From Bacteroidales bacterium (GTDB lineage Bacteria; Bacteroidota; Bacteroidia; Bacteroidales; JAAYJT01): a stretch of 64,000 bases of DNA. The position numbers were made by a program, and so were the translations under genes. Below, one piece after another: positions 63,984 to 64,000 of the stretch. A model generated the notes under the pieces. That model saw only the letters and a program-made list of their open reading frames with translations. It had not been told where the DNA came from and searched no databases. Within the stretch, counting starts at the first letter, position 1, and every line of letters begins with the position of its first letter. The DNA lies in contig JACZJK010000035.1 in the NCBI GenBank assembly GCA_014860575.1, positions 67,175-131,174 of the forward strand. Direction: 5' to 3'.

Positions 63984-64000
63984 GTTATTTTCGATTTATG

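Noticed and set aside
1-64000. A search by eye for tRNA, rRNA, riboswitch, transposase or integrase signatures in all gaps longer than 80 nt
   Set aside because: Nothing recognisable was found. This is a weak negative, because cloverleaf or covariance detection needs tRNAscan-SE or Infernal, which I could not run.

Overview
This window reads as a Bacteroidota chromosome segment. Evidence: a SusC/SusD pair, two type-IX-secretion (T9SS) C-terminal sorting domains, many lipoprotein signal peptides, and recurrent TAnnTTTG -7 promoter boxes. It falls into four blocks. (1) 1-4.6 kb: a membrane-associated phospho-signalling cassette cut by the window edge, with two zinc-ribbon FHA proteins, a poly-acidic DxDxDG-repeat protein, a Hanks Ser/Thr kinase and a small 2-TM protein. 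(2) 4.8-34.8 kb: a ~30 kb locus of 14 genes, all on the + strand, that looks like a polysaccharide utilisation locus (PUL). It holds a propeller/Y_Y_Y/LuxR regulator, SusC, SusD, two non-catalytic glycan-binding candidates, two GH144-like enzymes, a discoidin + GH15-like protein, a GPH symporter with a large coiled-coil insertion, a GH35-like and a GH94-like cytoplasmic enzyme, a GH3 beta-glucosidase, a sugar porter and an esterase. I infer this enzyme set targets beta-1,2-glucan (sophoro-oligosaccharides), and it is my top candidate for the undescribed system. (3) 35-61 kb: core housekeeping genes, namely an SDR, two tandem acyl-CoA synthetases, holA, amn, an OlsF-like aminolipid synthase, rsmD, coaD, pyrE, birA, rsfS, ftsH, cdsA, psd, a radical SAM protein and an AbgT transporter. 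This block also has two accessory-looking genes: a Cys-rich small secreted protein and a cutinase/PETase-like esterase with a T9SS tail. (4) 61.3-64 kb: uncharacterised secreted, outer-membrane-like proteins, the last in a visibly AT-rich stretch. By eye I found no rRNA, tRNA, CRISPR array, transposase or integrase. Intergenic DNA carries two unexplained repeat classes: GC-rich palindromic elements sharing a 24-nt core, and blocks of degenerate 7-9 nt stutter repeats. All family assignments come from reading motifs in the translations. No database search or computation was run.
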